This document shows positions 23,601 to 36,100 of a DNA stretch of 64,000 nucleotides, in pieces (positions within the stretch are counted from its first letter, which is position 1; each line of letters begins with the position of its first letter). The position numbers were made by a program, and so were the translations under genes. Under the pieces are notes generated by a model. That model saw only the letters and a list, made by a program, of their open reading frames with translations, had not been told where the DNA came from and did not search any database. Location: contig CATNEN010000001.1 of the NCBI GenBank assembly GCA_950097015.1, positions 12,648,001 through 12,712,000 on the forward strand, read 5' to 3'. This stretch comes from Macrostomum hystrix (lineage: Eukaryota > Animalia > Platyhelminthes).

Positions 23601-24960
23601 TTCATAATGGGGATATGGGGAGGTTTAAGCTACAGAATGGGGATATGGGGAGGTTTAAGCTTCAGAATGGGGATATGGGGAGGTTTAAGCTACAGAATGG
23701 GGATATGGGGAGGTTTAAGCTTCAAAATGGGGATATGGGGAGGTTTAAGCTACAGAATGGGGATATGGGGAGGTTTAAGCTTCAAAATGGGGATATGGGG
23801 AGGTTTAAGCTTCAGAATGGGGATATGGGGAGGTTTAAGCTACAGAATGGGGATATGGGGAGGTTTAAGCTTCATAATGGGGATATGGGGAGGTTTAAGC
23901 TACAGAATGGGGATATGAGGAGGTTTAAGCTTCATAATGGGGATATGGGGAGGTTTAAGCTACAGAATGGGGATATGGGGAGGTTTAAGCTTCATAATGG
24001 GGATATGGGGAGGTTTAAGCTACAGAATGGGGATATGGGGAGGTTTAAGCTACAGAATGGGGGTATGGGGAGGTTTAAGCTTCATAATGGGGATATGGGG
24101 AGGTTTAAGCTACAGAATGGGGATATGGGGAGGTTTAAGCTACAGAATGGGGATATGGGGAGGTTTAAGCTACAGAATGGGGATATGGGGAGGTTTAAGC
24201 TTCATAATGGGGATATGGGGAGGTTTAAGCTACAGAATGGGGATATGGGGAGGTTTAAGCTACAGAATGGGGATATGGGGTTTCATCCTCAGAATGAGGA
24301 TCAGGGGATGTTTAAGCTTCAGAATGGGGATTTAGGGAGATTTAAGCTTAGGATTGAGGATTTAGGGAGATTTTAGCTTCAGATTGAGGATTTAGGGAGA
24401 TTTAAGCTTCAGATTGAGGATTTAGGGAGATTTAAGCTTCAGATTGAGGATTTAGGGAGATTTAAGCTTAGGATTGAGGATTTAGGGAGATTTAAGCTTA
24501 GGATTGAGGATTTAGGGAGATTTAAGCTTAGGATTGAGGATTTAGCAAGATTTAAGCTTCAGATTGAGGATCTGGGAAGATTTAGTATTATGATCAGGAA
24601 TCATTCATAATGAGGATTTGAACTCACATGAAAAGTAACGCCATTAATCAGCCTGACAATATTATCGTGATTTAATTTTTGCAGCAATTCAATTTCTCGC
24701 CTAGGCGGATTGCCTTTGAACACTTTGATGGCGTAGAAATCGCCAGTGTTGTTATCGCGACAACGATAGACAGACGAGGTCACGCCGTCAGCTAAGTAGT
24801 CCAGGTCAGGACAGAATGTGTAATTACCGGCCATGATTAGGTCACAGCCTCCTCGCTTACTAGACCTGGTCGGAGTGCCACCAACCGCGGCTGCTGCTGC
24901 TACTACTGCTGCACTGTTGCGTTGCATAGCGGAGCCAACACCAACTGATCTGGCGTCCAT
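14685..24960 (-). CDS. TBK1: TBK1/IKK-epsilon family Ser/Thr kinase, 11 exons, ~798 aa
   Basis: Exons 24960-24628, 21952-21817, 21730-21671, 21193-20584, 19495-19311, 18593-18298, 17915-17638, 17527-17275, 16572-16484, 16376-16305 and 14769-14685 (2397 nt, phases consistent). Motifs AIKVF, REIE, HRDIKPGN, KLADFGSSRILED..FQSLVGTYEFLHP, DLWSLGVTLY.AATG.LPF.PFEG, then ubiquitin-like and helical regions. The last exon is less certain. Confidence 0.9.
14915..16212. repeat. Minisatellite, 23-bp unit AGAAGGGGTCAACAGACCTTCCT (TBK1 intron 10)
   Basis: Tandem copies seen directly. Confidence 0.96.
16655..17262. repeat. Minisatellite, 32-33-bp drifting unit CAATCTATCAGATGTCAATCTCACTCCCTAGT (TBK1 intron 8)
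   Basis: Period 33 on the left and 32 on the right. Confidence 0.88.
17955..18258 (-). mobile_element. SINE family B copy (tRNA-derived) filling TBK1 intron 6
   Basis: A-box TGGCAGAGCG, B-box GAGTTCGATTC, body highly similar to 53141-53422, ATT tail. Confidence 0.85.
18595..19140. repeat. 10/20-bp repeat GAGTTGAGTA/GGTTTGAGTA (TBK1 intron 5)
   Basis: 10-bp register running up to the acceptor. Confidence 0.93.
19650..20400. repeat. Purine-rich ~21-bp repeat AGAAGTGGTAGTAGAATGGGT (TBK1 intron 4)
   Basis: Tandem copies inside a wider GA-rich tract. Confidence 0.88.
21215..21452. repeat. 21-bp minisatellite CTGCTCAACTAGCTGCTTAAC (TBK1 intron 3)
   Basis: ~11 copies. Confidence 0.9.
21990..24585. 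repeat. 30-bp minisatellite with three successive variant domains (TBK1 intron 1)
   Basis: GGATCTGGGTATGTTTAATCTTCAGAATGA to ~23190, then GGATATGGGGAGGTTTAAGCTACAGAATGG to ~24280, then TTTAGGGAGATTTAAGCTTCAGATTGAGGA. Confidence 0.97.
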
Positions 24961-25422
24961 TAATTAACAACAATTTAACAATCGAAGAAGCTACAAAACA
25001 CCAGGGCCTTGTTAAATAGTCGCACAGAACTAACTTATTTAGTACCTTATTAAATGTAAACTGTTTTCATTGGAGTACGCGTTTAATTGATGTACTTATT
25101 CTTCTGAAAAAGAGAAAGAAAATCTACAGATTCTTAGATACGTTCAAGCTACGTTTAGAATTCTAGACTAGAAGCTTACATATATAAAGACAGAAATGCA
25201 GCCAGTATTATGTAGGGTGTACATTTGTTTATGACGTTAGTCTATTTTTAGCACGCCTCAATTCGGAGTAGAGTTAGGGCTAGAAAGATTCTGAAAGTAC
25301 ATACTAAACTGTACGCATTTTCTCTAGCCTACAGTTGTCTCTTTAAAACTGGAAATAGGAAAAAAACTACATAGTTCCATGTTCACAGTGACATCTGTTC
25401 CACTTAGAGACGGCTTGTTATT

Positions 25423-26297
25423 ATGGAATATCTAGTGGATAGCATGGAATATCTAGTGGATAGCATGGAATATCTAGTGGATAGCATGGGATATCTTGTG
25501 GATAGCATGGGATATCTAGTGGATAGCATGGAATATCTAGTGGATAGCATGGGATATCTTGTGGATAGCATGGGATATCTAGTGGATAGCATGGGATATC
25601 TTGTGGATAGCATGGAATATCTTGTGGATAGCATGGGATATCTTGTGGATAGCATGGGATATCTTGTGGATAGCATGGGATATCTAGTGGATAGCATGGA
25701 ATATCTTGTGGATAGCATGGAATATCTAGTGGATAGCATGGGATATCTTGTGGATAGCATGGAATATCTAGTGGATAGCATGGGATATCTAGTGGATAGC
25801 ATGGGATATCTTGTGGATAGCATGGAATATCTTGTGGATAGCATGGAATATCTTGTGGATAGCATGGGATATCTTGTGGATAGCATGGAATATCTTGTGG
25901 ATAGCATGGAATATCTTGTGGATAGCATGGAATATCTTGTGGATAGCATGGAATATCTTGTGGATAGCATGGAATATCTTGTGGATAGCATGGAATATCT
26001 TGTGGATAGCATGGAATATCTTGTGGATAGCATGGAATATCTTGTGGATAGCATGGAATATCTTGTGGATAGCATGGAATATCTTGTGGATAGCATGGGA
26101 TATGTTGCGGATAGCATGGAATATCTTGTGGATAGCATGGAATATCTTGTGGATAGCATGGAATATCTTGTGGATAGCATGGAATATCTAGTGGATAGCA
26201 TGGAATATCTTGTGGATAGCATGGAATATCTAGTGGATAGCATGGAATATCTTGTGGATAGCATGGAATATCTTGTGGATAGCATGGAATATCTTGT
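25423..26297. repeat. 21-bp minisatellite ATGGAATATCTTGTGGATAGC
   Basis: ~41 copies. Confidence 0.97.
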
Positions 26298-26726
26298 AAA
26301 TACTATACTTTTAAATATTAATAACCTCATAGACGTTCATTCTGCCTTTACAAGACATTGTTTTTGAAAATTTTAAAATTGCCAGTCTACTGCATGACTA
26401 TGCTTAGTAACCAACCAAAAAGGAAGATTGAACGAACATAGGCAAATTCTAGACAGTTTGTGTACAACTACGGTTAGTGTTTAACAACAACTATTATCAG
26501 TGGTGAAGAAAAGAAACTAAGCTAGAACGAGATAGATAGAAAGCATATGATTCTATAGACAGTGGTACGTCTTCGACACGAAAAACTGGCAGTAGAAATT
26601 GCACAATCTATTTTCTGTTGCCTTTTCTTCAGCAGACAGAAAAATCTAACGAACTTGAAGGCTTGGGGTTACAATATTTTTGCCATAATCATAACTTACA
26701 ATTATAGTCTTGTAACTCTCATCTTA

Positions 26727-29700
26727 CTGTCTAATATCAGTCTCTAATCTCACTGTCTAATCTCACTGTCTAATCTCACTGTCTAATATCAGTCTCTAAT
26801 CTCACTGTCTAATATCAGTCTCTAATCTCACTGTCTAATATCAGTCTCTAATCTCAATGTCTAATCTCACTGTCTAATATCAGTCTCTAATCTCACTGTC
26901 TAATCTCACTGTCTAATATCAGTCTCTAATCTCACTGTCTAATATCAGTCTCTAATCTCACTGTCTAATCTCACTGTCTAATATCAGTCTCTAATCTCAC
27001 TGTCTAATATCAGTCTCTAATCTCACTGTCTAATCTCACTGTCTAATATCAGTCTCTAATCTCACTGTCTAATCTCACTGTCTAATATCAGTCTCGAATC
27101 TCACTGTCTAATATCAGTCTCTAATCTCACTGTCTAATATCAGTCTCTAATCTCACTGTCTAATCTCACTGTCTAATATCAGTCTCGAATCTCACTGTCT
27201 AATATCAGTCTCTAATCTCACTGTCTAATATCAGTCTCGAATCTCACTGTCTAATATCAGTCTCTAATCTCACTGTCTAATATCAGTCTCCAATCTCACT
27301 GTCTAATCTCACTGTCTAATCTCACTGTCTAATATCACTGTCTAATCTCACTGTCTAATATCAGTCTCTAATCTCACTGTCTAATCTCACTGTCTAATAT
27401 CAGTCTCTAATCTCACTGTCTAATATCAGTCTCTAATCTCACTGTCTAATCTCACTGTCTAATATCAGTCTCTAATCTCACTGTCTAATCTCACTGTCTA
27501 ATATCAGTCTCGAATCTCACTGTCTAATATCAGTCTCTAATCTCACTGTCTAATATCAGTCTCTAATCTCACTGTCTAATCTCACTGTCTAATATCAGTC
27601 TCGAATCTCACTGTCTAATATCAGTCTCTAATCTCACTGTCTAATATCAGTCTCGAATCTCACTGTCTAATATCAGTCTCTAATCTCACTGTCTAATATC
27701 AGTCTCCAATCTCACTGTCTAATCTCACTGTCTAATCTCACTGTCTAATATCACTGTCTAATCTCACTGTCTAATCTCACTGTCTAATATCAGTCTCTAA
27801 TCTCACTGTCTAATATCAGTCTCTAATCTCACTGTCTAATCTCACTGTCTAATATCAGTCTCGAATCTCACTGTCTAATATCAGTCTCTAATCTCACTGT
27901 CTAATATCAGTCTCCAATCTCACTGTCTAATCTCACTGTCTAATCTCACTGTCTAATATCACTGTCTAATCTCACTGTCTAATCTCACTGTCTATTATCA
28001 GTCTCTAATCTCACTGTCTAATATCAGTCTCTAATCTCACTGTCTAATCTCACTGTCTAATATCAGTCTCTAATCTTACTGTCTATTATCAGTCTCTAAT
28101 CTCACTGTCTAATATCAGTCTCTAATCTCACTGTCTAATATCAGTCTCTAATCTCACTGTCTAATATCAGTCTCTAATCTCACTGTCTAATATCAGTCTC
28201 TAATCTCACTGTCTATTATCAGTCTCTAATCTCACTGTCTAATATCAGTCTCTAATCTCACTGTCTAATATCAGTCTCTAATCTCACTGTCTAATCTCAC
28301 TGTCTATTATCAGTCTCTAATCTCACTGTCTAATATCAGTCTCTAATCTCACTGTCTAATCTCAGTCTCTAATCTCACTGTCTAATCTCACTGTCTAATA
28401 TCAGTCTCTAATCTCACTGTCTATTATCAGTCTCTAATCTCACTGTCTAATCTCACTGTCTAATATCAGTCTCTAATCTCACTGTCTAATCTCACTGTCT
28501 AATATCAGTCTCTAATCTCACTGTCTAATATCAGTCTCTAATCTCACTGTCTAATCTCACTGTCTAATATCAGTCTCTAATCTCACTGTCTAATCTCACT
28601 GTCTAATATCAGTCTCGAATCTCACTGTCTAATATCAGTCTCTAATCTCACTGTCTAATATCAGTCTCTAATCTCACTGTCTAATATCAGTCTCTAATCT
28701 CACTGTCTAATCTCACTGTCTAATATCAGTCTCTAATCTCACTGTCTAATATCAGTCTCTAATCTCACTGTCTAATATCAGTCTCCAATCTCACTGTCTA
28801 ATCTCACTGTCTAATCTCACTGTCTAATCTCACTGTCTATTATCAGTCTCTAATCTCACTGTCTAATATCAGTCTCTAATCTCACTGTCTAATCTCACTG
28901 TCTAATATCAGTCTCTAATCTCACTGTCTATTATCAGTCTCTAATCTCACTGTCTAATCTCACTGTCTAATATCAGTCTCTAATCTCACTGTCTAATCTC
29001 ACTGTCTAATATCAGTCTCTAATCTCACTGTCTAATATCAGTCTCTAATCTCACTGTCTAATCTCACTGTCTAATATCAGTCTCTAATCTCACTGTCTAA
29101 TCTCACTGTCTAATATCAGTCTCGAATCTCACTGTCTAATATCAGTCTCTAATCTCACTGTCTAATCTCACTGTCTAATATCAGTCTCTAATCTCACTGT
29201 CTAATCTCACTGTCTAATATCAGTCTCTAATCTCACTGTCTAATCTCACTGTCTAATATCAGTCTCTAATCTCACTGTCTAATCTCACTGTCTAATATCA
29301 GTCTCTAATCTCACTGTCTAATATCAGTCTCTAATCTCACTGTCTAATCTCACTGTCTAATATCAGTCTCGAATCTCACTGTCTAATATCAGTCTCTAAT
29401 CTCACTGTCTAATATCAGTCTCCAATCTCACTGTCTAATCTCACTGTCTAATCTCACTGTCTAATATCACTGTCTAATCTCACTGTCTAATCTCACTGTC
29501 TATTATCAGTCTCTAATCTCACTGTCTAATATCAGTCTCTAATCTCACTGTCTAATATCAGTCTCTAATCTCACTGTCTAATCTCACTGTCTATTATCAG
29601 TCTCTAATCTCACTGTCTAATATCAGTCTCTAATCTCACTGTCTAATATCAGTCTCTAATCTCACTGTCTAATATCAGTCTCTAATCTCACTGTCTATTA

Positions 29701-30750
29701 TCAGTCTCTAATCTCACTGTCTAATCTCACTGTCTAATATCAGTCTCTAATCTCACTGTCTAATATCAGTCTCTAATCTCACTGTCTAATCTCACTGTCT
29801 AATATCAGTCTATAATCTCACTGTCTAATCTCACTGTCTATTATCAGTCTCTAATCTCACTGTCTAATATCAGTCTCTAATTTCACTGTCTATTATCAGT
29901 CTCTAATCTCACTGTCTAATATCAGTCTCTAATTTCACTGTCTAATATCAGTCTCTAATCTCACTGTCTATTATCAGTCTCTAATCTCACTGTCTAATAT
30001 CAGTCTCTAATCTCACTGTCTAATCTCACTGTCTAATATCAGTCTCTAATCTCACTGTCTATTATCAGTCTCTAATCTCACTGTCTAATCTCACTGTCTA
30101 TTATCAGTCTCTAATCTCACTGTCTAATATCAGTCTCTAATCTCACTGTCTATTATCAGTCTCTAATCTCACTGTCTAATATCAGTCTCTAATCTCACTG
30201 TCTAATATCAGTCTCTAATCTCACTGTCTAATCTCACTGTCTATTATCAGTCTCTAATCTCACTGTCTAATATCAGTCTCTAATCTCACTGTCTATTATC
30301 AGTCTCTAATCTCACTGTCTAATATCAGTCTCTAATCTCACTGTCTAATATCAGTCTCTAATCTCACTGTCTAATCTTATTCTAATATCAGTCTCTAATC
30401 TCACTGTCTAATCTTAGTCTAATATCAGTCTCTAATCTCACTGTCTAATATCAGTCTCTAATCTCACTGTCTAATATCAGTCTCTAATCTCACTGTCTAA
30501 TATCAGTCTCTAATCTCACTGTCTAATATCAGTCTCTAATCTCACTGTCTAATATCAGTCTCTAATCTCACTGTCTAATCTTATTCTAATATCAGTCTCT
30601 AATCTCACTGTCTAATCTTAGTCTAATATCAGTCTCTAATCTCACTGTCTAATATTAGTCTCTAATCTCACTGTCTAATATTAGTCTCTAATCTTACTGT
30701 CTAATCTCACTGTCTAATCTCACAGTCTAATCTCAATCTCTAATCTCACT
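26727..30750. repeat. 4-kb satellite built from two 13-mers, TCTAATCTCACTG and TCTAATATCAGTC
   Basis: Seen directly; largest array in the window. Confidence 0.97.
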
Positions 30751-31512
30751 GACGAATAGGTACAGGATAATCTGTAAGTAACGAACAGTGAAAACTGCAG
30801 ACACATTAACTTTGGAAAGCAGGATAATATGAGTGACACTGGGTAATCCTAAAGAATGTTTTCTTAGATAGCAACAATCTACAAAATAACGCGGATAGCC
30901 AATGAAACTACGAGTAATTATCCTAAAAGTACACGATTGGCTTATGTTAAATAAAGATGTTTTTAACACCCACACTTATGTGAATATGTTATAAAATATG
31001 AAGAAATGTATTATTATTGGATTATGAATGCTTTAAGTTATATTTAATTACTAAAATTACTAGTGCATTACAGAAAATGCTCAACTTATTAAGAAAAAAG
31101 CACACACAATGACGCACCTACTTAAATAACCAATTTCGAATTATAAAACGCAATTAGCCTACTAACAAGTAGACAGAGAAAATTGCAATAAAAAAATGCA
31201 CAATATTTTTTAGAAAAAATAGCTTTTATGCATAACAAAATTTTACTAGTTCAAATTGCTAATGGCTTTATAATAAATATTCAAATGCCAGTAAAGAAAG
31301 TTAAAGATTTACAAAAAACAAATTTAAGTACAGTTAAAAATGCGAATCATTCGAATCATTGCGAACAATGCACTGGGTTGTAGTATAGTTTTACAACATA
31401 AAGCTGTAATTCTACGACAGCAATTTAAATTTTTTGAAAAATGAGCAATTGAATATTACAATTTCGAGCATTTTAATTGATATTTTAACAACCAAACTTC
31501 TGACTAACCAGG

Positions 31513-33128
31513 GTTCTTATTACACAATCCAATCTTCAGGTAGAGTTCTCATTACACTATCCAATCTTCAGGTAGAGTTCTCATTACACTATCCAACACT
31601 TCAGGTAGAGTTCTCATTACACTATCCAACACTTCAGGTAGAGTTCTCATTACACTATCCAATCTTCAGGTAGAGTTCTCATTACACTATCCAATCTTCA
31701 GGTAGAGTTCTCATTACACTATCCAACACTTCAGGTAGAGTTCTCATTACACTATCCAATCTTCAGGTAGAGTTCTCATTACACTATCCAACACTTCAGG
31801 TAGAGTTCTCATTACACTATCCAACACTTCAGGTAGAGTTCTCATTACACTATCCAATCTTCAGGTAGAGTTCTCATTACACTATCCAACACTTCAGGTA
31901 GAGTTCTCATTACACTATCCAACACTTCAGGTAGAGTTCTCATTACACTATCCAATCTTCAGGTAGAGTTCTCATTACACTATCCAACACTTCAGGTAGA
32001 GTTCTCATTACACTATCCAACACTTCAGGTAGAGTTCTCATTACACAATCCAATCTTCAGGTAGAGTTCTCATTACACTATCCAATCTTCAGGTAGAGTT
32101 CTCATTACACTATCCAACACTTCAGGTAGAGTTCTCATTACACTATCCAATCTTCAGGTAGAGTTCTCATTACACTATCCAACACTTCAGGTAGAGTTCT
32201 CATTACACTATCCAACACTTCAGGTAGAGTTCTCATTACACTATCCAATCTTCAGGTAGAGTTCTCATTACACTATCCAACACTTCAGGTAGAGTTCTCA
32301 TTACACTATCCAACACTTCAGGTAGAGTTTTCATTACACTATCCAACACTTCAGGTAGAGTTTTCATTACACTATCCAACACTTCAGGTAGAGTTCTCAT
32401 TACACTATCCAACACTTCAGGTAGAGTTCTCATTAGAGTTCTCATTACACTATCCAATCTTCAGGTAGAGTTCTCATTACACTATCCAACACTTCAGGTA
32501 GAGTTCTCATTACACTATCCAATCTTCAGGTAGAGTTTTCATTACACTATCCAACACTTCAGGTAGAGTTCTCATTACACTATCCAACACTTCAGGTAGA
32601 GTTTTCATTACACTATCCAACACTTCAGGTAGAGTTCTCATTACACTATCCAACACTTCAGGTAGAGTTCTCATTACACTATCCAACACTTCAGGTAGAG
32701 TTCTCATTACACTATCCAATCTTCAGGTAGAGTTCTCATTACACTATCCAACACTTCAGGTAGAGTTCTCATTACACTATCCAACACTTCAGGTAGAGTT
32801 CTCATTACACTATCCAACACTTCAGGTAGAGTTCTTATTACACTATCCAATCTTCAGGTAGAGTTCTTATTACACTATCCAATCTTCAGGTAGGGTTCTC
32901 ATTCAACACTTCAGGTAGAGTTCTCATTACACTATCCAACACTTCAGGTAGAGTTCTCATTACACTATCCAATCTTCAGGTAGAGTTCTCATTACACTAT
33001 CCAACACTTCAGGTAGAGTTCTCATTACACTATCCAACACTTCAGGCAGAGTTTTTATTACACTATCTAAACTTCAGGTAACGGTTCATTACACATCTAA
33101 ACTTCAGGTAGAATAAAAACTTCAGGTA
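31513..33128. repeat. 32-33-bp minisatellite CTTCAGGTAGAGTTCTCATTACACTATCCAACA just downstream of the POLA1 stop
   Basis: Tandem copies seen directly. Confidence 0.96.
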
Positions 33129-33164
33129 AATAGATAGTTTGAAACAGAAATTCCAGAGCACCAA

Positions 33165-36100
33165 TCAGAAGGTGGTAACAAACAAACGAGCCAAATCGAC
33201 GCAGGCATAGGCGTTGCATTCCAGAACAGATCGAACAATAGCGTTGAGTGTCGGCAAGCTCCTAGTCCAATAGTCGTAGGCGCACAGCTGAGTATAGAGT
33301 TGACGCTCGCAGTAGGCGCGCTGCAGGTGACCGCGATTGCAGGCCGGACAGACCGGCCTACCGCGATACAGTCTGCCAACCAGACGGCGAGTGCGCCACT
33401 GGCATGCCTGCAGTACAAAGTTTATTGAAGCTAAAGATTGAATTATTTATAGCCGATAATAAAAACTAATTACTTTTCTTGGACTAAGAATCGAACTTCC
33501 GACCTCTTCAGTTAGAGTGTACATCTATCAAGACCTTCTCATCATGACTATCTCTCACCGAAGAGAGATGCGGATAGAGACAAGGGAGAATAGTATAGAG
33601 ACAAGGGAGATTGGGATAGAGGCTAGGGAGATTGGGATAGAGGCAAGGGAGATTGGGATAGAGGCTAGGGAGATTGGGATAGAGGCAAGGGAGATTGGGA
33701 TAGAGGCTAGGGAGATTGGGATAGAGGCTAGGGAGATTGGAATAGAGTCTAGGGAGATTGCAATAGAGGCTAGGGAGATTGAGATAGAGGCTAGGGAGAT
33801 TGGGATAGAGGCAAAGGAGATTGGAATAGAGGCTAGGAAGATTGGGATAAAGGCGAGGGAGATTGGGATAAAGGCTAGGGAGATTCGAATAGAGGCTAGG
33901 GAGATTGGAATAGAGGCTAGGGAGATTGGGATAGAGGCTAGGGAGATTGGGATGGAGACAAGGGAGATTGGGATAGACACAAGGGAGACTGGGACAGAGG
34001 CAAATGAGATTGGAATAGAGGCGAGGGAGATTGGGATAAAGGCTAGGGAGCTTGGAATAGAGGCTAGGGAGATTGGGATGGAGACAAGGGAGATTGGGAT
34101 AGACACAAGGGAGACTGGGATAGAGGCTAGGGAGCTTGGAATAGAGGCTAGGGAGCTTGGAATAGAGGCTAGGGAGATTGGGATAGAGGCTAGGGGGCTT
34201 GGAATAGAGGCGAGGGAGATTGGGATAAAGGCTAGGGAGCTTGGAATAGAGGCTAGGGAGATTGGGATGGAGACAAGGGAGATTGGGATAGACACAAGGG
34301 AGACTGGGATAGAGGCTAGGGAGCTTGGAATAGAGGCTAGGGAGATTGGGATAAAGGCTAGGGAGATTGGGATAAAGGCGAGGGAGATTGGGATAAAGGC
34401 TAGGGAGATTGGAATAGAGGCTAGGGAGATTGGGATAGAGGCTAGGGAGATTGGAATAGAGGCTAGGGAGATTGGGATAGACACAAGGGAGACTGGGACA
34501 GAGGCAAATGAGATTGGAATAGAGGCTAGGAAGATTGGGATAGAGGCTAGGGAGATTGGGATGGAGACAAGGGAGATTGGGATAGACACAAGGGAGACTG
34601 GGATAGAGGCAAATGAGATTGGAATAGAGGCGAGGGAGATTGGGATAGAGGCTAGGGAGATTGGGATAGAGGCTAGGGAGATTTGGATAGAGGCAAAGGA
34701 GATTGGAATAGAGGCTAGGAAGATTGGGATAGAGGCTAGGGAGATTGGGATGGAGACAAGGGAGATTGGGATAGACACAGGGGAGACTGGGATAGAGGCT
34801 AGGGAGATTGGGATAAAGGCTAGGGAGATTCGAATAGAGGCTAGGGAGATTGGGATAGAGGCTAGGGAGATTGGGATAGAGGCTAGGGAGAGGCTAGGGA
34901 GATTCGGATAGAGGCTAGGGAGATTGGGATAGAGGCTAGGGAGATTCGGATAGAGGCTAGGGAGATTGGGATAGAGGCTAGGGAGAGGCTAGGGAGATTG
35001 GGATAGAGGCTAGGGAGAGGCTAGGGAGATTGGGATAGAGGCTAGGGAGATCGGGATAGAGGCTAGGGAGATTGGGATAGAGGCTAGGGAGATCGGGATA
35101 GAGGCTAGGGAGATTTGGATAGAGGCTAGGGAGATTGGGATAGAGACGAGGGATATAGAGAGATAGAGCGAAGACAGATAGGGGCAGAGTGAAGAGAGAC
35201 GGTGACATTTATAGCCGATTATATAGTCAGATTAGTAGTCGGTACCGAAAACCATATAAAACAAATTGTTTCCATTGGACTGAGAATCGAACTTCTGACC
35301 TCTAAATTTATAGTGTACATAAACCCAGACTTTTTCTATCGTCTCTTACCTGGTCTTCGCAAACGAATTCGCCGCGGTAGTAGCGCCTAACGTGACGCTC
35401 GATAGGACCTGTTAGCTCGCCAGCCGCGAAGTCATCTGGCAGTGGCGTCTTGGCTCGACAGTGCGGGCACAACTCATCTGCCGACTGGGAAGCCCGCTTA
35501 GATAGGTCGATTGGACGGCGACAAGCGCGGCAGGGCAGCTGCGGAGATGACATTTTTTAAAGAAAACTTTAGATTTGAAGAAGAGAGATACGGATAGAGG
35601 CAAGGGAGATTGGGATAGAGGCAAGGGAGATTGGGATAGAGGCAAGCGGGCAGGGATCGAGGTAAGAGAGATTGAGCTAAAGGCAAGGTGAATAGGGATA
35701 GAAAAAAGGGGTACGGATAAAGGCAAAGGAGAGTGAATACAGATAGGGGTAGAAAGAAGGGAGAATATGGTTAAGAGAGAAGAGAGACAGAGGTACAGAG
35801 GTAGAATGAAGATAGACAGGGGTAGATTGAAGAGAGACAGTGGTAGAATGAAGAGAGAGACAGGGGTAGAATGAAGAGAGACAGGGGTAGAATGAAGAGA
35901 GACAGTGGTAGAATGAAGAGAGAGACAGGGGTAGAATGAAGAGAGGGACAGGGGTAGAATGAAGAGACAGAGGGGTAGAATGAAGAGAAACAGGGGTAGA
36001 ATAAAGAGAGACAGGGGTAGAATGAAGAGAGACAGGGGTAGAATGAAGAGGGACAGGGGTAGAGTGAAGAGAGACAGGGGTAGAATGAAGAGAGAGACAG

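Noticed and set aside
21968-24376. 802-aa plus-strand ORF made of (NEDLGMFNLQ)n and (NGDMGRFKLQ)n
   Set aside because: It coincides with a stop-free 30-bp array antisense in TBK1 intron 1, has no unique domain, and another frame is also open for long stretches.
25404-34911. Long repeat ORFs (STRYSML)n, (MEYLVDS)n, (EAREIGI)n and similar ORFs at 1.2, 3.1, 13, 20, 32, 44 and 63 kb
   Set aside because: They are translations of minisatellites, often open on both strands, with no gene context.
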